Origin: Promethearchaeia archaeon
GTDB lineage: Archaea; Asgardarchaeota; Lokiarchaeia; Sigyniarchaeales; SOKP01
Direction: 5' to 3'
Assembly (NCBI GenBank): GCA_029856145.1
Contig: JAHQWK010000008.1
Coordinates: 1 to 64,000 of the forward strand
Length of the DNA stretch: 64,000 bases
The translations under genes were made by a program, and so were the position numbers. Below are positions 1 to 8,370 of this stretch, in pieces. The notes under the pieces were generated by a model that was not told the DNA's origin, searched no databases, and saw only the letters and a list, made by a program, of their open reading frames with translations. How positions within the stretch are numbered: position 1 is the stretch's first letter; each line of letters begins with the position of its first letter.

Positions 1-64
1 GTACTTTTTCACAATCAAATTTACTTTCTTTTGATATCAAAAATAAGCTAAAAAAAATTAAATT

Positions 65-745
65 TTATTTTTTATATGTATTATATAATAATCTATCTAA
101 TTCCACGCCTTCTAAATCCAAGGGCTTACAAATGATTTCCAGTATATCTTTTTCTATTTCTGGATATAATTTTTTATCATTATAATTATCTGGAATATTA
201 ATTCCTACATCACGTAGACTCTTAACAACTCGAACATCCAAAGCGATACTATTACGAATTAAACCTAATTCCATCAGTAAATCTCTGGCACTTTTATTTC
301 CTATATATTCCAATTCTTTGGCAACATATCTAATGCGATCTTTTTCATTTAATCCTTCCACATAAGTAAAAAATCCCTTTACCTCGTTAGGATAATGTTT
401 AAAATAGTTTAAATTCTTGGTGAGACATTTTGCTTTCTTATCTTCATAAATATCATCGCCAACCCACATTGTACCTATTGCTCGTAATACTTTATGAATG
501 ATTTCACGTGCATTATTCTCATTCTTTAATTTTCCATACGCTATTGTTTGTTCATATTTATCTATTTTACCCGAAGCCACTGGTCTTGAATTTCCCACGA
601 CCACAACTTGCTTAAAAACATCAAGCCAAAGATCATCATTGGATTTATTTTTCCAATTATTTTCCGTAGGTATTCCTATATTAGGAAGATACTTATCACG
701 AATTATTTTTAGCTGTTCAATAGATTTTTGAGTTATGTTTAAAAT
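65..745 (-). CDS. HhH-GPD superfamily DNA glycosylase/AP lyase, Ogg2-like
   Basis: C-terminal half (ELEYIGNKSARDLL...IALDVRVVKSL...LYPEIEK...LEGVELDRLLY) follows the archaeal Ogg2 pattern: HhH Lys, then catalytic Asp. The frame is open upstream of the called GTG (604) to an ATT at 745, 5 nt after a perfect AAGGAGGTGA (751-760). Confidence 0.7.
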   Translation of the reverse strand: MLNITQKSIEQLKIIRDKYLPNIGIPTENNWKNKSNDDLWLDVFKQVVVVGNSRPVASGKIDKYEQTIAYGKLKNENNAREIIHKVLRAIGTMWVGDDIYEDKKAKCLTKNLNYFKHYPNEVKGFFTYVEGLNEKDRIRYVAKELEYIGNKSARDLLMELGLIRNSIALDVRVVKSLRDVGINIPDNYNDKKLYPEIEKDILEIICKPLDLEGVELDRLLYNTYKK

Positions 746-1307
746 TTACTTCACCTCCTTATTCTAAATTAAGAAAATAAATAAATAATAACAAAAAAAT
801 AATAAATCGATTGATATTAAAATTTTTCCGATTGTATTTACAAGTCTTTGTCCCATTATTCGATTACCTCGTATTTATCCTGACCTTCAATTAACATTAA
901 CGTACTTAAATGTTTGTAAAAAAAAGTTGTATACAATAACAATTATATAAAAATTTGTTAATTAGGATTTAACTTCTTTAGGGTATGTCCAATAGATAGA
1001 AAGTGAAATCATATATAATTAGGATATATCACAAATTTTCGAGTCTCAAAGTAATTCACTTATTTAAATCTTTACAAATTGGAAATCCGGTAATCTCACA
1101 CTCTTTAATTTGTCAAATTTTTTGTAATATACATAGGTACAACCGCATAGCAGTTAGGGGTTTATAAGTTGAGTGAGAGATCTAATATATTGTTAACTTC
1201 TATTCATAGCTCGACTTCTATTTCTTGCTCATATTTCAATGCGTTATGACTTGCTATGCGTTGTACTTTTTTTCTATTTACTGCTAGTAAAATATTAAAA
1301 TATTATT

Positions 1308-1475
1308 TTAATATTTCAATACACCTGATACAGCTATCCCTAAGAACCCTACAATCGAAAGTACAAATCCCACCAGAACCAAATTGCTTGGATTATTTAT
1401 ACTGCCAATTATCATTGCAAGTCCTACAACGACAAGTATCAGTGAGAAAATAAATAATAACCTATGGATCTCCAT
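1308..1475 (-). CDS. 55-aa small membrane protein with two TM helices (not in ORF track)
   Basis: Translated by hand: MEIHRLLFIFSLILVVVGLAMIIGSINNPSNLVLVGFVLSIVGFLGIAVSGVLKY. AAGGTG SD lies 5 nt before the ATG. Confidence 0.7.
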   Translation of the reverse strand: MEIHRLLFIFSLILVVVGLAMIIGSINNPSNLVLVGFVLSIVGFLGIAVSGVLKY

Positions 1476-1646
1476 TTTAACACCTTTTTTCGGTATATGG
1501 ATTATTTTATATTTCTTTTTCCTTACTATATAAAGTTTATCTGTAATTTTCTACTCATACAGAAATTGGATGGAAAGGTAAAGATATACCAAAATGTAAG
1601 AAAAGAAAGCTCGTTCTTTAAAAGAGTATTTTTTTATACTTTCTTA

Positions 1647-1862
1647 ATGGTTATGGCAGAAGAAATACAATTACTGGTGTACCCGACAAATAAGAAGGAC
1701 TTCCCAGAATTGTCCAATCTTATCAAAAAATTTCTACTCTCTATTCATATTAAAGGAATTTCTTCTGATCACGACTATAGTAAAAACCCTAATAACGCCA
1801 TTGGAGTATACCCTAAATTTACCCCAGATATACGGCTATTCATCGGAGGTTTGATTGTATAG
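1647..1862 (+). CDS. small hypothetical protein, abutting the NYN gene
   Basis: The 3' part of track ORF 1464..1862 looks protein-like from MVMAEEIQLL. Its stop abuts the NYN TTG, and a GGAGG inside it could serve as the NYN SD. Confidence 0.45.
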   Translation: MVMAEEIQLLVYPTNKKDFPELSNLIKKFLLSIHIKGISSDHDYSKNPNNAIGVYPKFTPDIRLFIGGLIV

Positions 1863-2384
1863 TTGGGAAAAGAGCGAGCGATGATATTTGTAGACGAGGC
1901 CAATGTCTATTATAGCCTAATGGAAAAGGATCCTAAGAAGCGTATTGATTATATGAAATTTAAAGATATTTTAGCAAAAGAATGTCATTTAGTTGGACCG
2001 TTTATATTTATGGGAAAACCACGAAATGTAACAGATGAGCAGCAGAAATTTTATGATTATTTAAGGAGTGCGGGGTATGTAATTCTATTTGGAAGAGTTC
2101 AAAGATCCAAAAATGGAAAAAGAAGACAAAAAGGCATTGATATTTTAATTTACCAACAGATTGTAGAGTTAGCAGAGCAAGATTCGTATGATAAATGTAT
2201 TCTCGTAAGTGGTGACGGTGATTTTGCCTTGGTTGTAGAAAAATTAAAGGAATTAGGTAAAAAAGTCGAAATATGGAGTTTTATGAACTCTCTCTCGAAG
2301 AAATTAATTGAGAAAGCAGGACACAAAAATATTTTCTTTATTGACCCTATCTTAGATGATATAGAATACGTACCTGACAATTAG
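1863..2384 (+). CDS. NYN domain (LabA/DUF88, PIN-like) ribonuclease
   Basis: IFVDEANV, QKGIDI, ILVSGDGDFALVVEKLKELGKKVEIW and LSKKL motifs. Confidence 0.9.
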   Translation: MGKERAMIFVDEANVYYSLMEKDPKKRIDYMKFKDILAKECHLVGPFIFMGKPRNVTDEQQKFYDYLRSAGYVILFGRVQRSKNGKRRQKGIDILIYQQIVELAEQDSYDKCILVSGDGDFALVVEKLKELGKKVEIWSFMNSLSKKLIEKAGHKNIFFIDPILDDIEYVPDN

Positions 2385-2411
2385 GGATTTTCACTACCAA
2401 AAGATAAAAAT
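2379..2411 (+). repeat. 33-bp direct repeat A, copy 1 (includes NYN stop codon)
   Basis: AATTAGGGATTTTCACTACCAAAAGATAAAAAT; 32/33 identical to 4139-4171. Confidence 0.95.
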
Positions 2412-2463
2412 TCAAATATCCCTCTTATTCTAAATATTTATCTAGAAAAAATGTCGAAATATC

Positions 2464-4053
2464 TTATTTTTTTCTAGCATTCCTATTTTTGTTGAGTTCT
2501 AATACATGATTTAAAAGATTCCTAAAGGATTCTACATCTTCTACTAAATCTAATTGAGCTCGTATCTGGCTATAAACTTTTGGTTTAAATGTTCTCGAAT
2601 ATAATTTAATTCTTTCTTTAATTATATCTTTCCCATTGTTTTCAATAATTCTTTCTAACAGCCATTTTATGGATACTATACATGATTCATAATCATCTGA
2701 TTTTATCAGCTGATGGCTCCTTTTTTCCTGAATAGTTCCTGAATAGTCCTGAATAGACTCTTTAGTGGAAAAGATAAAACCAAAAATTCTTTCAATAAAA
2801 TGCTTAGTTGCCTTAAAGAATAAAGAATCTTTACTCTTTAACCCCTCAAATAATCTCTCTGCCAAATCTTCAAAATAAACTTCTTTATTTTTAAGGTTAG
2901 GACTCATAAAAAAGTCTAAGTAGGTGAAATCAAGACTTGCTAATCCTAAGACAAAATCTTTAGGTTCCATCTGATTAACTATATGAGGTACGTATAATAT
3001 TTCTTTTAGCTTTCTAAATTTTATATATTGACTTAACGGCTTCTGCTGTTTTCTCTCCCCTGCAAAAGATTCTCTTTTTAATAAATTAAATATCTGTGGG
3101 GTAATTTTTCCTGTAAACCTTTTTCTTAAATCGAGTAAATAATCTGGAGATAGATAACGTATATAATTTTCTTTAATTAAGTAAAGGATAACTGGGAAAT
3201 AACCTGCTTCTAGTCTATTTACAATCTCTTCTTTAAATCTTATCAATGCAAATTGATCTCCTGCATCTGATAGTTCTTTTAGTAGAGGGAATGAAAGATT
3301 TGAATGAAGTAATCGAGTGTCATAGTTATGTTCCACCCATGCTTGGAGGTTTGAACAATGTCCCCAAAATTCTTCTTCAGGACTAATGATATAAGAATGA
3401 TTTTCTATAGGTCTTAGAAACTCACCTTTAATTATCGTATTCTCAAATAAGAATTCATCAAAAATCTCTGTGGCTTCGTCAATAGATTCAATTTTTTCAT
3501 ACAAATTTGTTTTGTCCTGTGGGATATGCAAAAAAAGACGCATACACTGAATAAACCTCTTACTTTTTATGTATATAAATGTTTTATCATCGATCAACCT
3601 TAATGTGATTAACTCATTAACTTTAAATTCTGGATAATCAATTTCTTCTGCTAAACCAACGAAGATTTTGAATTGTGTAGGCTCGATTCCCTCCTCGATA
3701 TGACGAGTTATTGTATGCGTAAGTATAAACTTCATTCTTGGTTTCATAAAAATAAAATTTGGAAATTTCTTCAAAAGTAAATTTTTTACAATACAAGCGC
3801 CTACTGAGGATTTCGCATTTGATTGCATTTGGGTGGTAGTGTTACTTCCATACCAAAGCCATGCTCTACCCAGGGTGAAATCTATGAAAAGAACTAATTT
3901 ATCGGAGTCTAAATTTTTATAAAGAGGGAATTTCCTCTCTATATCTATAAAGGTTCCCGTATTATCATTATACTCAAATACCAGTACGGGCTTTAACTCT
4001 TGCTCATTCACTGTCTCTAACTTCTTGTAAATTGATCCCAATATAAACAACAC
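2464..4053 (-). CDS. fusion of a Loki-type single gelsolin-like domain with the Lokiarchaeal EEFWGHCSNLQAW domain (usually N-terminal to LRR proteins) and a helical tail
   Basis: N-term LDSDKLVLFID...AWLWYGSNTT...IEEGIEPTQFK fits a gelsolin repeat. Central EFKVNELITLRL...PEEEFWGHCSNLQAWVEHNYDTRLLHSNLSFPLLKEL is a recurrent Loki domain. No LRRs seen. Confidence 0.7.
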   Translation of the reverse strand: MLFILGSIYKKLETVNEQELKPVLVFEYNDNTGTFIDIERKFPLYKNLDSDKLVLFIDFTLGRAWLWYGSNTTTQMQSNAKSSVGACIVKNLLLKKFPNFIFMKPRMKFILTHTITRHIEEGIEPTQFKIFVGLAEEIDYPEFKVNELITLRLIDDKTFIYIKSKRFIQCMRLFLHIPQDKTNLYEKIESIDEATEIFDEFLFENTIIKGEFLRPIENHSYIISPEEEFWGHCSNLQAWVEHNYDTRLLHSNLSFPLLKELSDAGDQFALIRFKEEIVNRLEAGYFPVILYLIKENYIRYLSPDYLLDLRKRFTGKITPQIFNLLKRESFAGERKQQKPLSQYIKFRKLKEILYVPHIVNQMEPKDFVLGLASLDFTYLDFFMSPNLKNKEVYFEDLAERLFEGLKSKDSLFFKATKHFIERIFGFIFSTKESIQDYSGTIQEKRSHQLIKSDDYESCIVSIKWLLERIIENNGKDIIKERIKLYSRTFKPKVYSQIRAQLDLVEDVESFRNLLNHVLELNKNRNARKK

Positions 4054-4138
4054 AAGTAAGACATTTAAATCTCATAGTTCAAAACTTTAAGGATTTATAA
4101 AAATACGCAGTTGAAAGCTCAATTAAAGAATTTTTCAT

Positions 4139-4171
4139 AATTAGGGATTTTCACTACCAAAAGACAAAAAT
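4139..4171 (+). repeat. 33-bp direct repeat A, copy 2
   Basis: AATTAGGGATTTTCACTACCAAAAGACAAAAAT, 1760 bp from copy 1. Confidence 0.95.
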
Positions 4172-4244
4172 CAACGATCTATCAATTTTTTTGTTTAAAT
4201 AATTAGGATTCAAAGATAATATAAGACGATCAAGAGATATTAAA

Positions 4245-4445
4245 ATGAAAATTATTAATGAAAAAACTTTTTGGGGAGAAGATATTAACACTCCAGAGGG
4301 ATTTATCGAGGATTTATGTAATAGATTGAATACTGTATATACTACTGCAATGGAAGAGGAAGATAAAATGAGACAGTTAGCATATTTAATTGGAGCGATT
4401 ACAGGAATTACAGGAAGACTAAATAGGGTATGTGAGAAGGGATAG
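4245..4445 (+). CDS. hypothetical protein (66 aa)
   Basis: ATG start, natural composition, 2 nt from the next ORF. Confidence 0.6.
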   Translation: MKIINEKTFWGEDINTPEGFIEDLCNRLNTVYTTAMEEEDKMRQLAYLIGAITGITGRLNRVCEKG

Positions 4446-4447
4446 AC

Positions 4448-4768
4448 TTGGCAAAAGATAAATCTTGGGTAGTTAAATGGGAGTTTTTAATAACCCGACT
4501 TAAAGAACTTATCGCCCAAAAAGGTCAGGAAATAATAGTGGTTAATATCGATGCCATGATGGACGCTGAAGAACAGTATAAAAAGTATATGAAAATGGTG
4601 GAGATGATGAAAACTCAGTTCAATGCGGTGGTTACAACTGGCTTACCAGGAGAAGAGCGGATTTTTTGGCCTTATCACGATGTACAGTTTTATATTAGAG
4701 AGGACGAGGAGAAAATACAATCAACAGGAAACTATGAGGTTATTCAAAAAGTAATCAATACCAAATAA
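4448..4768 (+). CDS. hypothetical protein (106 aa)
   Basis: Coupled to the upstream ORF; followed by T-rich terminator-like tracts. Confidence 0.6.
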   Translation: MAKDKSWVVKWEFLITRLKELIAQKGQEIIVVNIDAMMDAEEQYKKYMKMVEMMKTQFNAVVTTGLPGEERIFWPYHDVQFYIREDEEKIQSTGNYEVIQKVINTK

Positions 4769-5061
4769 ATTATTTTTTTATCTAATTTTTTTATCTAATT
4801 TTCAATTTTAAAAAAAAAAAAGTAAGAGATAAATAACTACAATCTTTCTTAGAAACGTAGAGATTAATGTATCTTTGGATAGAGTAAATATATAAAGATT
4901 AAATTTAGGCATAAAGATTAGGATTATCACAGAAATGAATATGATATTTTTTATTACACTATGAGGTCCTTCATACATGAATAGTAAATATGCTAGGTAT
5001 ATATAAAAGAAAATTTTGATATTAATTATTTAGAAAAAATTGTAGTCAAAGTGAATTCCAA

Positions 5062-5418
5062 GTGATCGTCTCGAAAACTGATAATATTCCCAACCAAAAG
5101 ATTATAAAAGTTTTAGGAAAGGTCAAGACAAGACTTTTTGCAGAGCCTTGTGAAAGCACCGAGATCGCCGCTAAAGAGAAGTTGAAGAGAAAAGCTAAAG
5201 CTTTGGGAGCGGATGCAATAATAAATTTTGATTACAAATGTTGGGGGTTTCCTGAGACTCTTGTAACAGTATATAGGGGACTCGCGGTTAAGACAGATTT
5301 CACTTTTCCAATCCAGCAGGCACTAAATACAGACGTATGCTGGAATTGTGGTACTAAGATAAATAAAGATCAACTCTACTGTAGAGTTTGTTTTGCTAAA
5401 AACAGAGAGATCGTATAA
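5062..5418 (+). CDS. YbjQ/UPF0145-like (heavy-metal-binding) domain with C-terminal zinc ribbon
   Basis: IVSKTDNIPNQKIIKVLGKV...LKRKAKALGADAIINF...YRGLAVK, then CWNCG...YCRVC. Confidence 0.8.
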   Translation: MIVSKTDNIPNQKIIKVLGKVKTRLFAEPCESTEIAAKEKLKRKAKALGADAIINFDYKCWGFPETLVTVYRGLAVKTDFTFPIQQALNTDVCWNCGTKINKDQLYCRVCFAKNREIV

Positions 5419-5648
5419 GATTTATTTTTAAGTAATTAACCAATAATTAGACACTTTTGTATTTAAACTTAGGAGATAAAAATCTTCTGCTTTATCTTTA
5501 TTATTCTCCATGATTTTCACATGTGCATAGGAATTATGTCATTTATAATGTATACTCTTTCTAATTTAAGAATTTCTAATCTATCAAATTTTTCTTTAAA
5601 TAATCTTGGTTTAATATTCATATAAACATCGTAAAAAGAGTAAAAATT

Positions 5649-5852
5649 ATGAAAAAAGAGATATATGAGAAAATAAAAAAGGACCTCCCAGAGCAGTTAA
5701 TCAAGGATATTGAAAAGTATGGATTAGAAAACTTTGAGTTTGAAATTTTGGACACTGCATCAAACCAAGAAGAGCTGGATAGAAAACAGAAAGAATATAT
5801 CAAAAAATATAATTCACTTGAACCAAACGGATATAATTTACATGATGATTAA
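5649..5852 (+). pseudogene. GIY-YIG endonuclease C-terminal half (truncated)
   Basis: DIEKYGLENFEFEILD...EELDRKQKEYIKKYNSLEPNGYNL is the second half of intron-type GIY-YIG domains. The GIY/YIG strands are absent and the catalytic Glu position appears to be Gln. Confidence 0.7.
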
Positions 5853-5998
5853 AAATCCTGTTCTTTTCTAAACTGAGCAGAGTGCTAGATCTCTATCAAA
5901 AAATATAATTCACTTGAACCAAACGGATATAATTTACATGATGATTAAAAATCCTGTTCTTTTCTAAACTGAGCAGAGTGCTAGATCTCTATCAAAAA
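5798..5998 (+). repeat. perfect 96-bp tandem duplication with 9-bp junction microhomology (TATCAAAAA)
   Basis: 5798-5893 = 5894-5989; TATCAAAAA at 5798, 5894 and 5990. Confidence 0.95.
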
Positions 5999-6041
5999 TT
6001 TCAAATTGTTTTCACCAAGAAGTTATATGAGAATTCAATTA

Positions 6042-6079
6042 TAAAAATTTCTAATCTCTCAAACTTTCGTACTTTAAAT
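6042..6079 (+). repeat. 38-bp direct repeat B, copy 1
   Basis: TAAAAATTTCTAATCTCTCAAACTTTCGTACTTTAAAT, identical to 7190-7227. Confidence 0.95.
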
Positions 6080-6286
6080 TACTGCTTTTATATCAATAAT
6101 TAATTCGTAAGGGAAATATTTTCTTTCTTCTTATAGAAGTTATTCTGCAAATTGTAATATATCTAATTCTTGCGGAATTTCTAGGTAAACAAATTTATCT
6201 TTTCTATTAATGGGTTAGAATGAAAATTTTAAATATTTATTAATTAATTGTTAATTCAATAATTAATTTTTTCTTAAAAGATTAAA

Positions 6287-7120
6287 ATGCCAGATATAAA
6301 ATTTCTTGAAAAACAACCCCTCTATACTAAATTCCCATTTAACGTTCCAGAATTTATTCTACAATTTGATCAAGTAAATATTAACATGTTTTGCAATGTT
6401 TGTGATGGTAATAGGACTTTCAATATGACGAATGAATATGATGATAGTTTTATTCATATACATCCAAAGTTGCTAAGAGAATCTGAGGCTCGTTCTAACA
6501 TGAACAAATATATTACACTGGATTATCTTTGTGCATCCTGCAAAGAATTTATGAGATTTTTTTTTATAAGAGTTGACGAGAATTTTGAATACATTCAAAA
6601 GATTGGTCAATTTCCTCCATTGGATATCTCTATTCCTGAGTATATAAAAAAAGTTATAGGAAAAGAATATGAAGATTATTTTAAAAAAGGAAGAATTTCA
6701 GAGAATTTTGGATTTGGTATTGGAGCACATGCCTATTATAGACGAATTATAGAAGGAATTATCGATGATTTATTAGATAAGATTTCCAATCTACTTCCGG
6801 ATATTGAAAAAGAAAAATATGAGGAAGCCTTAACTAAAGCTAAAAAAACAAAAAATGCAGCTGAAAAAATTGAAATTGTAAAAGATTTGATTCCTCCAAT
6901 ATTGATTCAAGATAGATATAATCCTCTAAGAACTTTACATGAAGCTTTGAGTATAGGAATCCATGTAGAATCAGATGAGATATGTATAGAAAATGCTATT
7001 ATTATTAGGAAAAATTTAGAATTTCTCGTGGAAGCAATATACCGATATGAAGAGAAAAGTAAAGAATATATAAAGGATATGGATAATTTAAAAAAGAAAT
7101 TGGAAAAATATAAATCTTGA
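6287..7120 (+). CDS. Zn-ribbon + DUF4145/HEPN-like domain protein
   Basis: CNVC and CASC pairs, then KIGQFP, GIGAHAYYRRIIE and NPLRTLHEALSIGIH, typical of a widespread prokaryotic DUF4145-like family. Confidence 0.65.
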   Translation: MPDIKFLEKQPLYTKFPFNVPEFILQFDQVNINMFCNVCDGNRTFNMTNEYDDSFIHIHPKLLRESEARSNMNKYITLDYLCASCKEFMRFFFIRVDENFEYIQKIGQFPPLDISIPEYIKKVIGKEYEDYFKKGRISENFGFGIGAHAYYRRIIEGIIDDLLDKISNLLPDIEKEKYEEALTKAKKTKNAAEKIEIVKDLIPPILIQDRYNPLRTLHEALSIGIHVESDEICIENAIIIRKNLEFLVEAIYRYEEKSKEYIKDMDNLKKKLEKYKS

Positions 7121-7189
7121 AGTAGATAAGAGTTATGGATATAACTTCTTTGTAAAATAAAATAATCTCTACCCCGCTCATGCATTTAT

Positions 7190-7227
7190 TAAAAATTTCT
7201 AATCTCTCAAACTTTCGTACTTTAAAT
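7190..7227 (+). repeat. 38-bp direct repeat B, copy 2
   Basis: Identical to 6042-6079; a degenerate copy lies near 5567-5601. Confidence 0.95.
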
Positions 7228-7622
7228 ACTCATAGTGTATACATATAGTATTGAAAGTGGATTTTGAATTCATGAAAGTGGAGCTGATCTTAAAAACCTC
7301 AGAAAAGAGTCAAACTCAATACCGAAATTCTACCCATCCTTTTTACGTAAATAGCAGATTTGCGTAATACTACCTTGGGGGATTAGAAGCTTTTTTTAAA
7401 GACTTCCAGTTGTGCTCGGCAAGCCATCTGTTTTTTCTTAAACAAAAATCCCCCTTCTCTTTTTTTCTCTTGTTTTTTGGTTTTTATAGAAATCGCTTTA
7501 TGACAAGTTCTATTCTTGTTCTATAACAGTTTCTCATTCTTACCAAGAAAATTCTCGCACTTTAAATAATCATGATCGGACTATCCTAATAGTTTTATAA
7601 CTATTGCCGAGTACATTGGAAA

Positions 7623-8369
7623 ATGATTGTAAAAAAGATAATATATTTAGATAGTAATATAAAAGTTTGTTGTGTCAAGACAGAAAAGGCAGAGGTCGAA
7701 AAAATCTCTCCTGAGCTTGTCCAACATGTATTTTTTTGTTATAGTATAGGATTGATAGATAATCCTGCAAGTAGAGTGAAAGAAACAATCAAGATTGAGA
7801 AAAAAGATATTATTTTCGTTAGGAATTATATAGTTATTTCCTTTAATTTTGATGGTCTTCTTAAACCAGAGGAATGTGAGTTCTCCATCCATTCAATAAC
7901 GTTCTTTCTGAGAGATAATCCTCGATTGGAGGTACATATTGGAAAAACGGAAGCGTTTAAACATATCGAATCAGACCCAGTGATTATTGAGAATTTACTC
8001 AAAAGAACTAAAAAACCTTCAGGTTCAAATCACATACCTCACAATAAAAACAAGAATTTACCAAATAAAGTAAACGCTAAATCCGTCTTAAATGAACCAA
8101 AAGTGAATGTTGAAGATATTAAGCATTTCATTGATTCATATGAAAAGTTTAAGACTCAATTTAAAGACTCTGAGATACAAGAGCTTTTGGAAAATAAACC
8201 AAGTACTATGGACTTTAATTTAAAGAGCTTCGGAATTTCACTTCTGTGCAAACTACTTCTACTGATAAAGTCTGTAAATGAGTTAGTGGACAATGATTTC
8301 CAGAAAGATCTCCACCAATTTTTACGAGACCAAATACTCAATAGATTGAAAACCGAGGTGACCGCGTAA
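7623..8369 (+). CDS. hypothetical protein, first gene of the primase operon
   Basis: 248-aa ORF; its 3' end carries the GAGGTGA SD of the AEP gene. Confidence 0.75.
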   Translation: MIVKKIIYLDSNIKVCCVKTEKAEVEKISPELVQHVFFCYSIGLIDNPASRVKETIKIEKKDIIFVRNYIVISFNFDGLLKPEECEFSIHSITFFLRDNPRLEVHIGKTEAFKHIESDPVIIENLLKRTKKPSGSNHIPHNKNKNLPNKVNAKSVLNEPKVNVEDIKHFIDSYEKFKTQFKDSEIQELLENKPSTMDFNLKSFGISLLCKLLLLIKSVNELVDNDFQKDLHQFLRDQILNRLKTEVTA

Positions 8370-8370
8370 G

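Noticed and set aside
1256-1646. Track ORF 1256..1453 and the N-terminal part of 1464..1862
   Set aside because: They overlap the better-supported minus-strand 2-TM gene and its upstream region; the Phe-rich translation looks non-coding.
5798-7227. Repeats as a CRISPR array
   Set aside because: Only two copies each, no unique spacers of uniform length, and no cas genes.
7230-7620. tRNA/ncRNA or replication origin upstream of the primase operon
   Set aside because: No cloverleaf, iterons or convincing long hairpin visible; an Infernal/tRNAscan-SE run would be needed.
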